Below are positions 22,879 through 24,000 of a stretch of DNA of 24,000 nt, in pieces. The number at the start of each line of letters is the position of its first letter. Positions within the stretch are counted from its first letter, which is position 1. A model generated the notes under the pieces. The model was not told the DNA's origin. It searched no databases and saw only the letters and a list, made by a program, of their open reading frames with translations. The DNA is from Pontibacter oryzae (lineage in GTDB: Bacteria > Bacteroidota > Bacteroidia > Cytophagales > Hymenobacteraceae), in assembly GCF_003576375.1 (NCBI RefSeq), contig NZ_QWGE01000006.1, positions 67,704 to 91,703 of the forward strand, given 5' to 3'. The translations under genes and the position numbers were made by a program.

Positions 22879-24000
22879 GTGGATAATTTTTTAAGTAATC
22901 GAATCGCTAAAACCAATTATTACTATAGCGAAGAGGCACACCACCTATTTCAGGTTCAAAAACTAAATAAAAGTAATTTTGCTGAGAATGGTAAAAACTT
23001 AACCATTAGTCTGCTCAGTTTAAATAGAGTTAAACTCACTATTAAACTATTGCTTTCAATTGAGTATTACTTTCCAAACTATCAAGGAGAAGTACTCATT
23101 ATAGACAATGGATCTGCGGTTGATCAAATTACTCAACTAATAGAATTCTCTAAAACTTCTTCTTTAAAAATTAATATTAAAGAGTTGGGAGAAAACCACG
23201 GAGTTGGGAGAGCTAGAAACATTGCAGCTCAAGAAATAAGTACCGACTGGATTATGTTTATTGATAACGACATGTATTTCATAAACAATCCTTTACCTGC
23301 TATCAAAAGTGCAATTGAACTTTTAGGCTGTAATTTTTTAAATCTTCCTTTAATCAATTATGATAATAAAACGGTATTTGCCTTAGGCGGAGCTTTATTT
23401 CCAACATCTCTTGCTGATGGATATTTTATAGGTGGAGGTAGTAGCTTTAATTTTAGGCAAGAAAAAGAAGCTGACCAAATAAATCTTCAGGCCCCATTTT
23501 TATCTGATTTCTTATTTGGGGGGGCTAGTGTAGTTAATAGGCATGCATTCAACCAAATGGGTGGGTTTGACTATGATATGTTTGTGGGGTTTGAAGACAT
23601 TGACTTTTCCCTAAGATTATATAACAGCGGAATCAAGATCGGCAATATTCACAAGTTTACATTAATTCATAACCATAAGCCGCCAGTAAACGAAAATGAC
23701 CTAATAGCTGAAAAGAAACGATTTAGTAATAGCGTAATTAAACAATCAGCTAATGCATTCAAACAAAAAAATGGACTTATAGTTTACGACTCCAATACAG
23801 AAGAATGGTTGCGTGAAAGGGAAAATGAATTGAATATTACTTCCTCCCAACTCATCCAAAACAGAGAGGAAAAGCCTAAAGTTGCACTAGTTGTTGATGC
23901 ACAAAATTGGGCATTTCATAATATTGCAAAAAATATAGTTAAAGAACTTTCAGCTAAATATGATTTTGAAATTTTATTTCAATCCAGTTATCTCGGTGAG
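22879..24000 (+). CDS. Glycosyltransferase family 2, multi-domain, 3'-truncated by the window end
   Basis: This ORF is not in the supplied ORF track because it has no stop in the window. I translated the frame from 22879 (GTG; the preceding in-frame stop is at 22828) to 24000 with no stop. It reads LTISLLSLNR...VLIIDNGSAVD...GENHGVGRARN...FIDNDM...GGFDYDMFVGFEDIDFSLRL, then a second region begins (KVALVVDAQNWAFHNIAKNIVKEL). Confidence 0.75.
   Translation, partial: MDNFLSNRIAKTNYYYSEEAHHLFQVQKLNKSNFAENGKNLTISLLSLNRVKLTIKLLLSIEYYFPNYQGEVLIIDNGSAVDQITQLIEFSKTSSLKINIKELGENHGVGRARNIAAQEISTDWIMFIDNDMYFINNPLPAIKSAIELLGCNFLNLPLINYDNKTVFALGGALFPTSLADGYFIGGGSSFNFRQEKEADQINLQAPFLSDFLFGGASVVNRHAFNQMGGFDYDMFVGFEDIDFSLRLYNSGIKIGNIHKFTLIHNHKPPVNENDLIAEKKRFSNSVIKQSANAFKQKNGLIVYDSNTEEWLRERENELNITSSQLIQNREEKPKVALVVDAQNWAFHNIAKNIVKELSAKYDFEILFQSSYLGE

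Noticed and set aside
1-24000. tRNA, rRNA, tmRNA, riboswitch
   Set aside because: I spotted no GGTTCGAATCC-type T-arm motif on a quick scan for TTCGA-type strings, and I saw no rRNA-like conserved blocks or familiar riboswitch cores in the intergenic regions. Without a covariance-model scan, small ncRNAs cannot be excluded.

Overview
This is a chromosomal segment that looks like Bacteroidota, probably Cytophagia/Hymenobacteraceae. The guess rests on gene content, the absence of Shine-Dalgarno sequences, A-rich leaders and frequent TTG/GTG starts. Most of 1-18,976 is core housekeeping: a BatA-like membrane protein, an RluE-type pseudouridine synthase, a YdeN-type hydrolase, a beta-barrel OMP, a GNAT, TsaC, an LpxL-type acyltransferase, WbqC, ClpC, an AI-2E permease, an M28 peptidase, an EEP-family nuclease/phosphatase and PriA. 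Two AT-richer accessory regions interrupt it. (1) 13,010-15,148 holds four small same-strand ORFs, each followed by a 54-69 bp imperfect palindrome bounded by ...AAC/GTT.... The 7-9 nt at the start of each unit is the exact reverse complement of the inverse-core at the start of that unit's own downstream palindrome. That is the signature of integron gene cassettes (attC sites), yet no integrase is in the window, so it resembles a CALIN or rAID-like orphan array. Its cargo includes an NTF2-fold immunity protein and a DUF4279 protein. (2) 18,977 to beyond 24,000 is a glycosyltransferase island. It includes a GT32-type enzyme fused to seven near-perfect 42-bp (14-aa) His-rich coiled-coil repeats, and a small paralogous coiled-coil ORF. 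The core region is also saturated with the octamer AAGTATAA: 29 exact copies against fewer than 1 expected, and none in the glycosyltransferase island. Some copies sit as inverted pairs at gene ends, much like uptake-signal or iterated genome motifs. No rRNA, tRNA or CRISPR was seen.
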